A DNA stretch of 64,000 nucleotides from Mobula hypostoma (taxonomy: Eukaryota), in NCBI RefSeq assembly GCF_963921235.1, contig NC_086106.1, forward strand, positions 24,800,001-24,864,000. The letters run 5' to 3'. Positions 1-12,696 of the stretch are shown piece after piece (position 1 is the stretch's first letter; each line of letters begins with the position of its first letter). A program made the position numbers and the translations under genes. The notes under the pieces are model-generated. The model was given only the letters and a program-made list of their open reading frames with translations. It did no database searches and was not told where the DNA came from.

Positions 1-3000
1 TCTTCCATACAACTTTTCCCAGGCCTGCGCCCTGGAGTGGATACTCCAGTAGACTCTCCAGGCGCAGATCCATGGTCTTGCGAGACTTGCGGATGCCACC
101 ACTCACTGAGTTGTCACACAAAAAAAAAATCGAAATTAATTTTCGTTTACAGCTGGCAGACGGGGGTATGTGAGTTTGAAAACCATAACTGATCGTATTC
201 ACATTCAACGATTGGCTGATTAGTAAATAACTCCTAGGATTGAAAAATGAGCTTAGATTTATGTCTGCTTTATGGGCGTGTTTGGAATGTAGCAGCTCCA
301 TAAGATAAAGGAATTATTCATTCAGACGAATGTTTGTCAGTACATAGAGAATGTGGCTGAAATGCCGACTATTTTGTAAAGAGACCTGCGAACAGAAGAA
401 TTCTGGAACCAACAGAAATTATTTTCGTCTTAATTCATAAAAGATACAGAACCTCCATTTCCTGTTCAGTATATCTAAATTCATATTGGTCTATTCATTT
501 GTTTTCCATTTGCACTACATCAACCACAACATAAGTGACCGTACCTAATTACCCAATTTCGTTAAAAGTGCAGACATGTGTACTATGATTGGTGCTGAAA
601 CTGAGTGGTTCAAGTAAATGTTTACTTGAGAGTTGAAATAAATATTGAGCTATTTTCATTGAACAAGTCGTTTGTTAATTTCACGTTTAGAAACTTCTAA
701 GTAATCGTCAATCGCAACAGAAGAAACTGCGCCACATAGTCAGCAACGACTGAAATGTGTTTTATTCCTTATTTTGGGATCATCTTACGTGCAACCGTCC
801 ACTAGAATATGTATCTCAAACAGAATATTAAACAAAAACAGGATACGCACTTGTGTAACTCCAGTAAGGTCACGATTAACGCCTTATTCATTTGCTGTAT
901 AAGTATTTACTCTGAAGGCGAAATGTTAGATTTGTCGTTCATACCATAAATATGCAAAATAAATAGGTCCGGACTTCTCGCAGCCCACCAAGACAACTGT
1001 AAAAATAACAGATTTAGGTGGTACCATCGCAAAATTCCCGCCCCAGCATCAAATGGCAAGGAACTGGGCGAACGCGTGAAAGACCGTGCGCTAAGAGAGA
1101 TATGCTTTCGAAATTCAATGACGACCAAGGCTGCAGCCTGTTGTCGCATCGAGGAATCTTACAGTGGGAGAAATATGCCGAAACCAACAGAAACTACTGT
1201 AGTGTTGATGGCCAGGAAATCGGTACTAAGTTGAAAAACAGACGGTAGGGAATTGATGACGAGAGGCTGCAGCAATTTTAGGAAACATTTCGGTTGCCTC
1301 GACTTTCATAAAATGAAGGAAAAGTCAAACAGCTACACAGTAGCGTACTGATTTGCACAACGTTCTACTGTACCTATGCCACGTATTCAATTCCCACCAC
1401 TGCTTGTAAAGAAATTGCACTTTTTCCAGAAGGCGTGGGATTTATCTCGATTGCTCTGGTGCCCAAAGTCTGGCTGGATTTGGTAAACTGATTGGTTATT
1501 GTCCTGGAGCGTTTTAGGCTCTGATTTATGCAGTGTATTGACGGGCTGTGAGCAACGATACGCAGAAAGGGCAAATTCCTTACCGTATCTCAAACACATA
1601 AGTAATCAAACAAACAAGTACATAAGTACGTAAATAAGAACCCGTTTGCCCAGCAAATCATATGTTTGGTGCGAAGTCGGAATGAATTTAGATTAAAAAA
1701 AAAAGTATCCAACGGTTTTAGATGACAGATAAATTATATTAAATGTCCATGTTCTTTGTATTTTTGCAGAACGGATGAAACAGTTTAAAATGTATGCCGG
1801 GAGATTCTTCTAAACTGCATCTGTTGCTGAATCCCTCTCGTGTGAAAAGGTGAAACCAAAATTCACTCCAACTGCATATCCATTTTCACGCCCATTATTA
1901 GGCTATATTTGAATTGATTGTTGCAAGTGTTCACACTGAATCTGCAGGAGAGTAATTGTGTTCAGAAGCAGAAATGGATTGCACCTTAGTTGCGCAATTC
2001 TTGTGTTACACTCGCAAAACAAGTCTCGCGTTAAGAATCTCTTAACAGCATGAAACGTCTGAGTTTGCGTCAGGCTTTCGATTTCCTATTTCCTTTTTCA
2101 TCCAAAATACTGTATATTTCTGTACGTCTTAAATGTTGAGCATCGATTTCATGATGCATTGAGGACATTGTTCATTGAAACGTCATTTTTAACATTTCAG
2201 TAATGGTCCACAAGAGGCTAGATGCACAATATTACTCGGAAGGAGAGTGATGCTCCAGAGGGAAGAAGAGATTGAACAGTAAATCTCGCCTGTTGTGACA
2301 TTACCTTTCGATTTAAGAATCGTCTTTGAATGTTGCTGAATATTCTCAGCCTCATTGAGTCATGTGGATTCACCTTTGCATTGTTATGATGAGACGAAGT
2401 ATCTGCTAAATTGTTTTAAACGCAATTACTTATTTAGTTATGTGCTAGCTTGGTTATTTATTCTTATCTCATTATCTACAGAACTATCTATCAAGTTGTT
2501 CGTCTGTGCTATGATTTGTTTATTTATTTTTAAAGCTTTATGCTTATTTATTTATTTACTCGCCATTTGATTATGTATTTATTCATTTTTCTATATGTGT
2601 TACTTTTTCCATGTTGTTTATTTATTATATGATCATTATTTATTTAGGAATAGTTTATTCAAACAACGTATAGACGTTGAGTAAAAAAAAAACATAAAAT
2701 GTTGGTCACAATTTATAATTCATACGCACTCCATTTTCGACTTCTGGAACAACAAAAAAAAAACACAAGGTCGACATGGTAGATAAAAGACGTTTGATTA
2801 CCTTAACGGTTTACTGAGAATTAACTTGGAGGTATTTTCCAGCTGATCGATAGATTTTGCAATAAAAAAAAAACAGAGAAAGAAATGTAAGTTTGGAGCA
2901 TTTAGATGGAAATTAAATAATTGATTTTAAACCGAGGAAAATTATCAATTTCCTGATTGAGTTGAATTCACTATGAATTCATTTGGGACGCTGTCATTTA

Positions 3001-3118
3001 CTGATACAAAGATATTTACTTTTCCCCGGGTGTTCAATATTATAACTAATGATAGATGAAGGAAGACACACTTTCTCTAATCTTATCCACATATTAAACT
3101 TGTTTTCATCTTTTTCTG

Positions 3119-3504
3119 AGATTTTGAGATAGGATGCTTCGCCAAAACAGAAAATGAAACAGTCACGAGGGCAACAGGTGTTTACTCTATTCTTTCTTTT
3201 TTCATTTTGCCCACCTACCCGAATTTATTTCTGACCTGAGAGAAAATATGAAACCCATGATTAAAATTGCTCCAACATCGTCGTTAGGCGTCATTATAGA
3301 GCGAAAACAACAGATCTCACTGTGAAAACATTCTCAAAAGGCCTGATAATATAATTTCAGTATATTAGCTAACTTTCTGTTTTTGCTGCATGTCTCTTTA
3401 ACAACTATTATTTTTAAGACCTGGATCTCCGTTCCACTCATTCTGCAGTTTACACCGGTCCGTAACAGTTCGGAACAGATTATTAGGTATATGATAAATA
3501 GCAT
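3119..3504 (-). pseudogene. Degenerate V pseudogene, paralog of 21975-22359
   Basis: MLFIIYLIICSELLRTGVNCRMSGTEIQVLKIIVVKETC in one frame; CAC CTG TTG at the YLC position; CTGT-led 23-nt spacer + TCAAAATCT. Confidence 0.5.
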
Positions 3505-3986
3505 GAACTCATCTTTGCAATGCAGAGATACTGTTGGATCTTGTGCGTGTTTGTTTCACATTCTCATTCATTTATGAAATTAAGGACCCGGCATGTCGCC
3601 GTTGTCATAGATAAACATAACGTGTACAGTGCCACTGACTTTGAACGTGTACTAATCGTGGCCATGCAGTATTCTTCTACGTAATTGCATTTAATGCTGT
3701 ACAAACTCACTCCATATTGCAGCAACAAGTCTGATAATGGGTCCTGCATCTGCTTCCACTGTGGTAGTCTAACAAACTACATAACATTTACTGAGCACTT
3801 CATAGCATTCACAAAGTTCAGATAGCCAGCTGCAGAAGTAGTAGAAGAATGTGGACATAGAAACGCTTCATACTATACCAGGTGCTGATGTATTAGGCTG
3901 AGTTATTGGACAAACTATTTTTTTATTCCCATACAGAAAGTGCGATATACAACATTACCTTTCCTCGCAATGAGTAACGTGAATCT

Positions 3987-6900
3987 TTCTTTCTTTCTTT
4001 CTTTTTAAATCTTTTTATTGAATAAGTATACAAAAAGATAAGCCACACAGGCACTAATACACTGTTAGAATATAATAAAATTACAGGAGATATTAATACA
4101 GAAAAGAAAGTGATACAAACAATGTAATTTAAACATAACATACTAAGGTAACATAATAGTATACTAATTTATATATATATATATATATATATCAAGAGAG
4201 AAAAGGAAAAAAAAAAACAAACCAAAAAAAAACCCACCGTGCAACTAAACTAAAAGCAACGGGCTAACTTGGAACCAAGTAGAGTTAAAGAACTTAAAAT
4301 CACGTCCTCAAACCTGACCTCCATTAAAAACAGTAAAAAAAACAAAAAGGGTGTATAAATATGGAGCAAAAAAGAGAAGAAAAAAATACATTAAATGAAA
4401 ATATTGAATAAAAGATCTCCAGGTCTGTTCAAATTTAAGTGAGGAATCATAAAGATTACTTCTAATTTTCTCCAAATTCAAGCATAATATCGTCTGAGAA
4501 AACCAAAAAAGGTAGTTGGAGCATTAAGCTCTTTATAATGTTGTAAGATACATCTTTTCGCCATTAAAGTAAGAAATGCAATCAATCTACGGGCTGAAGG
4601 AGAAAGATTACTGGAAACTTTAGGTAGTCCAAAGGTAGCAGTAAGAGGGTGAGGGGAGATATGTATATTCAATACCTTTGAGATAATATTAAAATGTCTC
4701 TCCAAAAACTTTCCAGAGTAGGACAAGACCAAAACATATGAGTTAAAGTGGCTATCTGCCCCGGACGTCTATCACAAAAAGGATTAATATGAGAATAAAA
4801 GCGAGCTAATTTATATTTGGACATATGTGCTCTATGAACAACTTTAAATTGAATTAGGGAATGTTTAGCACAGATAGAGGAAGTATTGACTAATTGTAAA
4901 ATCCGCCCCCAGTCATCCACGGAAATGATAGAACCCAATTCCTTTTCCCAATCTACCCTAATCTTATCAAATGGGACTTTCCTAAGTTTCATAATAATAT
5001 TTTAAATCATAGCCGATGCACCTTTCTGACATGGATTAAGGTTAATTATAGTATCTAAACTGTATGTAGGATGAAGCATTGGAAAGGAAGAAAGTATAGT
5101 ACTTAGGAAATTTCTAACTTGTAGATATCTAAAAAAAAACCTATTCTTGATAAATTATATTTATTAGATAATTGTTCAAAAGACATAAGGGAACCATCTA
5201 AAAATAAATCCAAAAACCGTGAAATACCCTTAGTCTTCCAAATTTGAAAAGCACGACCCGTAAAAGAGGGAGGAAAAAATATGTTACCTCAAATAGGAAT
5301 CGCTAGCCCAAATTGGTTAAGATCAAAACATGTTCTGAATTGAAACCGAATACGTAAGGTATATTTAACTATCGGGTTAGATACGTGTTTGAGTCGTTTC
5401 AAATCAAAAGGAAGCGAGGAACCTAAAATAGAGCCAAGTGTATAGCCCTGAACAGATTGTAATTCCAATGCTACCCATTTGGGAATGGATAGTATATCCT
5501 GGTCAAGTAACCAAAATTTCATATGTCGAATATTAATTGCCCAATAATAGAATCTAAAGTTATGTAATGCTAAATCTCCATCCCTCTTAGCTTTCTGCAA
5601 ATGTATTTTACCCAGTCTCAGGTTGTTATTTTGCCAAATAAATGAAGAAATTTTTGAGTCAACTTTATCAAAAAAAGATTTTGGAACAAAAATCGGTAAT
5701 GTCTGAAATATATATAAAATTTCTGGCAGAAAAATACATCTTAACTGCATTAATACGACCAATCAAAGTTAAATATAAGGAAACCATTTAGATGAAAGTT
5801 GAATAATATGGTCAATTAAGGGTAAAATGTTAATCTTAAATAAATCTTTGTGTTTACAAGTAATTTTAATCCCAAGATATGAAAAATAATTATTAATCAA
5901 TTTAAACGGAAAGTTATGATATAAGGGAAGTTGTTTATTAATCGGGAAAAGTTCACTCTTACTAAGATTTAATTTATAACCTGAAAAAAGACCAAATTGT
6001 GCTAATAACTCTAAAACAGCAGGGATTGATTTTTGAGGATTAGAAATATATAAAAGTAAGTCATCAGCATAGAGTGATATTTTATGGGACTTTAAGCCCC
6101 GAGTTATCCCAGTAATATTTGGAGATTCTCGAATGGCAATTGCAAGAGGTTCTAATGCAATTTCGAATAATAAGGGACTAAGAGGACAACCTTGTCGAGT
6201 ACCTCGAAGAAGAGGGAAAAAAGATGAGCTTAAAGAGTTAGTACGGACCGAGGCCACAGGAGAATGATATAACAATTTGATCCAGGATATAAATTTCGAG
6301 CTAAAATTAAAGATTTCAAGCACCTTAAATAAGTAAGGCCATTCTACTCTATCAAAAGCTTTCTCAGCATCTAAAGAGATAACACACTCAGGAACATTTG
6401 TGAGGGGGTATAAACAATATTTAACAGTGTGCGAATGTTATAAAAAGAGTAACAACCTTTAATAAAACCCGTTTGGTCTTCCGAAATAATAAAAGGAAGT
6501 ACTTTTTTTCTAATCTGTTTGCTAATAACTTAGAAAAAAAATTAGAATCAACATTTAATAAAGATATTGGTCTATAAGATGCACATTGAGCAGGATCTTT
6601 ATCCTTTTTTAATATTAGAAAGATTGACGCTCTATTCAAAGATTCGGAAAGTTTACCAAGTTTTAATGAAGCCTCGCAAACCCTACAGAACCAAGGGATT
6701 AATGAATGTGCAAAACATTTATAAAGTTCTACGGTAAACCCATCAGGGCCAGGAGCTTTCCCCAGGTTCATAGAGGAAATAACATTTTTAATCCCATCAG
6801 TGGTAATGGGATTATCTAGCATAGAAGACATATCCTGTGAAATCTCAGGGAAGTCCAGGTTATCTAAAAAATCATTCATAGATTTAGAGTCTCGAGGAGA

Positions 6901-7504
6901 CTCTGATTGATATAAGGAAAAATATAAATCAAAGAAGGTTTGATTAATCCCCGCATGATTAAGTATCAGTCGATCATTTTGATTATAAATCGGATTAATT
7001 TGAGATTTACCATAATTAGACTTCAATTGGTTAGCCAACAGTTTGCCAATTTTGTCACTGTGTCCGTAAAATTCACTTCTTGTTTTCTTTAATTGGTTTA
7101 CAATCGAGGGCGAAAGTAATAAACTGTGCTCCATTTGAAGTTCAGTTCTTTGTTTATATAACTCCTCAGAGGGAGCTGTAACATATTTCTTATCAATTTC
7201 CTTAATCTTGTCCACAATTACCAACTCCTCCTGCTTCAGTTTCTTCCTCAAAGCAGCAGAATACGAGATAATCTGACGACGAATATAAGCTTTAAAAGTA
7301 TCCAAAAGAATGTTCACAGAAATATCCTCTGTATAGTTCATTGTAAAAAAAAAGATCAATCTGTTCATTCATAAATTTAACAAAGTCCGAATCCTGAAGC
7401 AACAGCGAATTAAATCGCCATTGTCTATTATTTTGTGTATTCGCCTGAATTTTAATAGAAAGTTTAAGTGGAGCATGATCCGAAATGGTTATAGAGTCAT
7501 AATC
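3987..7504 (-). mobile_element. 5'-truncated L1-clade LINE
   Basis: Broken ORF2: APE end (SDHAP), KAPGPDGF, YRPISLLN, RQGCPLSP, YADD and C-terminal THMFWSC. (GAAA)n tail; 11-bp TSD AACGTGAATCT (3976-3986) / AACGCGAATCT (7505-7515). The empty site is in the paralog near 49865. Confidence 0.92.
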
Positions 7505-9273
7505 AACGCGAATCTAAAGTAATCTGCAACATCAGGTAGACAAAGAATGTTAATTTATTACAAAGTAGAGGTAATTACTCTGAGATGTGTCATGTTATTG
7601 TTATCATATATTACCTCATTACCATATATTACATACTACCTTATATACTAAAGCCCCGTTGAGCAGTTCCGAGAACTGCGCTCATGCTGCATTAACAGCT
7701 TGACCCCATTCACTTTTACGTCTGTTTTTATTTTTCCACATCAAATGCACAGTAGTAGATCGGCGTTCAATCAAAAAATAATTCCAAATTCAGGTAAAAA
7801 AGTTTTTTGAATCAGAATATGATGGTATGTGAGACACTGTAACTCAAGGGATGTGATCTGCACTTTCGAAAACCATGTTTTCGAGAACGTCAGAATTTGA
7901 ACAATCATCTTTTTAGAAGCTTCGTGATGGTCATACAATCCAGGTTCAATCCGATTGATTTTCATTTTTTTCCATTATGCCTTTGTTAATGGGGTTATTA
8001 TTTACTCCAGATACCGCAAGATTTTATGATAATTAAAAATCTCTTTACTCCTGCCGATGATGAACGACACAGCCAACAGTCTAAGACCAAGACATCGCAT
8101 TCCACTGTGCCAAAATGAGAGACCTGCTTTCTGATCTCTGCGACTTGTGAGTCATTAATCAAAACATGCGGGAAACGTCCACACCGATGGTATTACATCA
8201 TATCCTGCTGAAAATCGCGAAAAGAAAAAACAAAGAAACTTTGATCTGGTTTTATTTGTTTATTGCGGAGTCTCTAACTCAGAAAATAGGTGCGTGACAA
8301 ATTCATTTAAAATAGGCCGGAAATTTACTGAGTAAACTCAACATTCTGGAAAGGAAGCATTGTTTCATATCCCGACATTACTTTCTACGTATATCCATTG
8401 ATCCTTCATATCGATCGGCTTGATCATCGAGAGTTTTCTGTCCAAGTTGATGAAAGAGAAGTGTTGCATCAAAAGCGAGACTTCTGTTATTCTGCAGTTA
8501 ATGAAGTAGATTTATTATTTTCATTTCACATGACAATTTTAAAAGACGGAAAATTTGGGAACACCAAGCTGGCTAGGAAACATCCGCGAAAATCGAAGAA
8601 TAAACAGTCCAACTGAGAGAATTACTTAATCTTTACAGCCATCTGGTGGAATATATCTTCTTAGCTCCTGGCGATTTCACATGAACTCAGTGCTTCCTTC
8701 ATGTAACAACAACATATACACAAACAATTATTGCTTCCATACGTCTAATTAATTGGTAAGTAATTCAGAGAAAAACTACTTTCGTAGGTTGCATGTGAAC
8801 ACGTCAGAATACCATGCGCTGCGCAGCGTGCTCATTTTTGCTTTTCAGAACAATTCTTCCGTCTCTAAATTCTGCAGAAATCCACATCAGAGAAGAGTAA
8901 ATACTGTTATTGCATGTTTTGCTGCACCCATAGTTTGTTACACTACCTCTTATTCTGCTCGCTCCCTCTGCCTCGATGAACAAGCACTATTTGTTGGCAG
9001 TCTTCTCCAGGAGAATTCACGGCTATCCGTCTGCGGTGTTTATGTCAGCTCACAAAGTATTTAACTTCTTTGCTGTGCACTTCTGCGATCGCCTTTGCAA
9101 AATTTCATTTCCTGCACTGCGTCTGAACGTCTTTTCCTACTGTGTTTTTAAAGATTCAACACCTTGCGTTGCCTGATGAGATTAGTCGGTTTGGCTAAGG
9201 GTATGTGTATTTCTCCTCTGGCAATGAGTCTCTACTCTATGGTCACGGCAGTACAGGGTCAAACAGAGTGATT

Positions 9274-9691
9274 AGAAGACCTGTTTCACGCCAGTACTCA
9301 TTATTGGGTTTCTTCTGGGTAAGCTGTTCCTTCACTTAATATTCCAGGCCTCCCTAATTCCCTGTAAACACGTTTTATTTTCTATTTATGTAACCACGGT
9401 GTTCGAAGTAGAGCTTATGATCTATTTTTTTTTTACTATTAGACTGGAGCATTCAAGACTCAGTGGAACAGTCATTTGTTGCAATGACGATCGAAGATTA
9501 AAGTAGTATTACCGTAAACTGTACTTGACAAAAAAATTGCAGCATTCCCGAAGGTTTTCTGGTACAGGCAGCGCCCCAGAGAGAGACCACAGTATTTGAT
9601 TCGGATCATCGGAGGGACAGAAACCCGAAATAAAGATTTAACCAATCGATTTTTTTGCTTCCTATGATACTAGTAATTGATATTCGGAACT
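9274..9691 (+). pseudogene. TCR V pseudogene (same family), 3'-truncated, no RSS
   Basis: The leader ATG is lost by a 1-nt deletion (ATTAG AAG ACC TGT...CTG G|GTAAG). The exon from 9443 reads DWSIQDSVEQSFVAMTIED* with further stops and frameshifts. After ...GATATTCGGAACT the sequence jumps to downstream spacer DNA, removing the 3' part of FR3 and the RSS. Confidence 0.9.
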
Positions 9692-11217
9692 TTCGATGGC
9701 TGTAACTTTCATCGAGCTACGTCATCTTTAGTGATTCCTGTGTGTTACTTAATTTCACTGAATATTCACCATTTCATATCGGAAGCTAACACAGCCATCA
9801 GTACAGCCAGATGAATTCTTTTAGGGGGTCCTTTGACATATAAAGGGACCAAACTTTGCCACAAGAATCGCAAATATCGCTATCAACATTATACCTCAAA
9901 GTGTGAAGAAGGCATCGTTTAGGGAAATCACTCAGATCCAATCATGTGGCTTTTGATTTCAGTCAAAGATTCGATCGCACTTTGCTGGATTGCTGTTATG
10001 AATGCCGTTGTTTTTTATTACCACGCGAGAGGCTTACCTACTTTTACGCCGGCGTCAGATTGTTTCCGAAATGAATTAGTATATGGATTTCAGCAAGGCA
10101 TTTGCTAAGGTACGCCATGCAAGGTTTATTGAGAAAGTAAAGAGGCATGGTATCAAGAGGACATTGCTTTGTTGATCCAGAACTGGCTTGCCCACAGAAG
10201 GCAACGAATGGCTGCCGACGGATCGTATTCTGCATGGAGGTCGGTCACCAGTGGGGTGAATCACAGGATCTGTTCTGGGACCCTAACTGTTCGTGATTTT
10301 TATAAATGACCTGGATGAAGAAGTGGAGGGATGGGTTAGTAAGTTTGCTTTTGACACAAATGTTGGAGCTGTTGTGGATCGTGTGGACTGCTGTCAGAGG
10401 TTACAGCGGGACATTGATAGGATGCAAAACTGGCCTGAGAATTGGCAGACGGAGTTCAACCCAGATAGTGGGAAGCGGTTCACATTGGTAGGTAAAATAT
10501 AATGACAGAATATAATATTGATGGTAACATTCTTTGCAGGGTGGAATATCAGAGGGATCTTGGGGTCCGAGTCCTTAGGCACTCAAAGCAGCTACGCAGG
10601 TTGACTGTGTGGTTAAGAAGGCGTACAGTGTATTGACCTTCATCAATCGTGGAGTTGAATTTAGGAGCCATGAGGTAATGTTCCAGCTATATAGGACCCT
10701 GGTCACATCCCATTTGGAGTACTGTGCTCAATTTTGGTCGCCTCACTGCAGGAAGGATGTGGAAGCAATAGAACCGGTGCAGGTGAGATTAACAGGATGT
10801 TGCCTGGATTGGGGAGCATGCGTACAGAATAGGTTGAGTGAATTCGGCCTTTTCTTCTTGGAGCGATGGACGATGAGAGGTGACCTGATAGAGGTGTATA
10901 AGATGATAAGAAGCATTGATCGTGTGGATAGTCAGAGGTTTTTTTTTTTCTTTTTTTCCCCCAGGGCTGAAATGGTTGCCACAAGAGGACACAGGTTTAA
11001 GGTGTCCTCTTAAGGTGTCCGCTCACCTTAAAGGTGTAGGTAGAGAGGAGATGTCAGGAGTAGGTTTCTTACTCAGTGAGTGGTGGGTGCGAGGAATGGG
11101 CTGCCGGCACGGTGGTGGAGGAGGAAACGATTGGGTCTTTTAAGAGATATTTACATAAATACATGGAGCTTAGTAAAATAAAGGGCTACAGGCAAACCTA
11201 GTAATTTCTAATGTAGG

Positions 11218-12696
11218 TGTCAAAGTCCGATCCGTGAAGTCTGTGTTCCGGTTCACGCTCCGGTCCATAGTTCCTTGTTCTGGGGTTTCATGTTTTCCCC
11301 ACTTTCTGTTGTGGGCACATGTTTCTCTTTTTGGGGCTGAGACATAAATAGCTCTGCAAACCAGGCATTACCTGCTGTACTGTCCTGTTCTCCTCCCTAT
11401 CTTTCCCCCCCTCGCCTGACTCTCTGCCTGTTCACCTGGCTTGGATACCCCGCCTGTATCCCTGAAGTCTTACGGCCGGAGCAAGGCCGCAGCCTTGTTA
11501 CGTCAAGATATGGAACAGTCTTCCGTTGTGTGGAATTGTCTCTCTGTGTCTACGCCTTCGCTAGGTAGGTCTGGCCGTTTGCTGCTACCTAGTGTTAGGA
11601 TCTGTCTCTGAGTCCACGCCTTCGCTAGGTGGGAATGGCCGATTGCAGCCACCTTGTGTTGGGATCCGTCTCTTCATATTCAGTGTTCTGTGTATGAGTC
11701 CCGGCCCTACGTCCTCTCCCCAAAGAGGGGTCCCGGCTCTGTGTTCCGTGCTCCTGTCTCTTAGAGTCCAAGGCTCCGTGCCCCGAAGACCCTCGTCCAG
11801 TCTGTGCCTAATCTAGTCTTATCCGAGTCCTCTCCATGTGCCTTCACCTGTCCTTCTGTCTTGCCCTACCCAGAGGTTCCACAAGCAAGCCATGTCCAGT
11901 CCTATAGCCTCGTATTGTCGTCGCCTAGTTCTGGAGTCCGAGCCCGATTAAGCCCAAGGTTCTGGGTCCTTGCCCAGTGTCTGGCTTGGAGTCCATACTC
12001 AAGCCTCGAAGTACCTCAGGCCTCAAGATCCAAGACCCCAGCCTGCAGCCGGCAGATCCTAGACCTGATCCTGCATCCTTAATATCCATGATCCCAGCCT
12101 GCAGCCTCAAAACCTAAGACCGCAGCCTGCATCCTCAAGATTAAGTCCCCAGCCTTCACCTTCAACAGCCAAGACCCCAGCCTGCAGGCCTCAAGACCAA
12201 GAATCCAGTTGCAGGCGTCAAGACCAAGAATATGGCCTGCAGGCCTCAGGACCAAGACTCCTGCCTGCAGGCCTCAAGACCAAGACCCTAGCCTGCAGGC
12301 CTCAAGACCAAGCCCCTAGCATGCAGGCCTCAGGACCAAGACCCCAGCCTGTAGACCTCAAGACCAAGTCCCCAACCTGTCTCCAAACTCAAGCGTCTAG
12401 ACCAAGACCCCAGCCTGACTTCAAGCTCAAGCCTCTAGACCAAGACCCCAGCCTGTCTCTATGCTCAAGCCTGAAGACCCTGTCCCGATCCTCAAGCCTG
12501 AAGACCCAGACACGAATCTTTCTTCAAGCCTCAAGCCTCAAGACCTGAAGCACAGGCTCCAAGTCCAGGGTTCCTAGCCTGTGTTCTCGGTTTTTTTGTC
12601 CTTGTCCTAGCCCAGGTCCTGCATCTTTGTCCTGATCCTAGTACCTCAGTGTCTGTGGTTTGCATTTGGGTCCGATCCCAATGCCTGATTGTGACA
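11218..12696. mobile_element. Solo LTR-like element with internal minisatellite
   Basis: Begins TGTCA and ends TGACA. It splits the CR1 3' UTR and is absent from the paralogous CR1 at about 53770. The termini are similar to 43445-44264. Confidence 0.75.
12030..12370 (+). repeat. 28-bp minisatellite GCCTGCAGGCCTCAAGACCAAGACCCYA
   Basis: Head-to-tail degenerate copies, e.g. consecutive 28-nt units around 12263-12345. Confidence 0.85.

Noticed and set aside
150-650. Possible plus-strand V relic (GTATGT donor, WYR-like and YIC-like traces; paralog 46020-46500)
   Set aside because: It needs too many assumed mutations, and there is no nonamer at 23 nt.
3757-3763. Perfect CACAGTG on the minus strand (also about 49645) as a D/J signal
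   Set aside because: There is no nonamer at 12 or 23 nt and no FGxG J motif nearby. I found no D, J or C segments in the window, so a complete NARTCR cassette is not supported.
12030-12550. Regular 28-bp repeats resembling a CRISPR array
   Set aside because: The units are head-to-tail without unique spacers, lie inside an LTR and are in vertebrate DNA.
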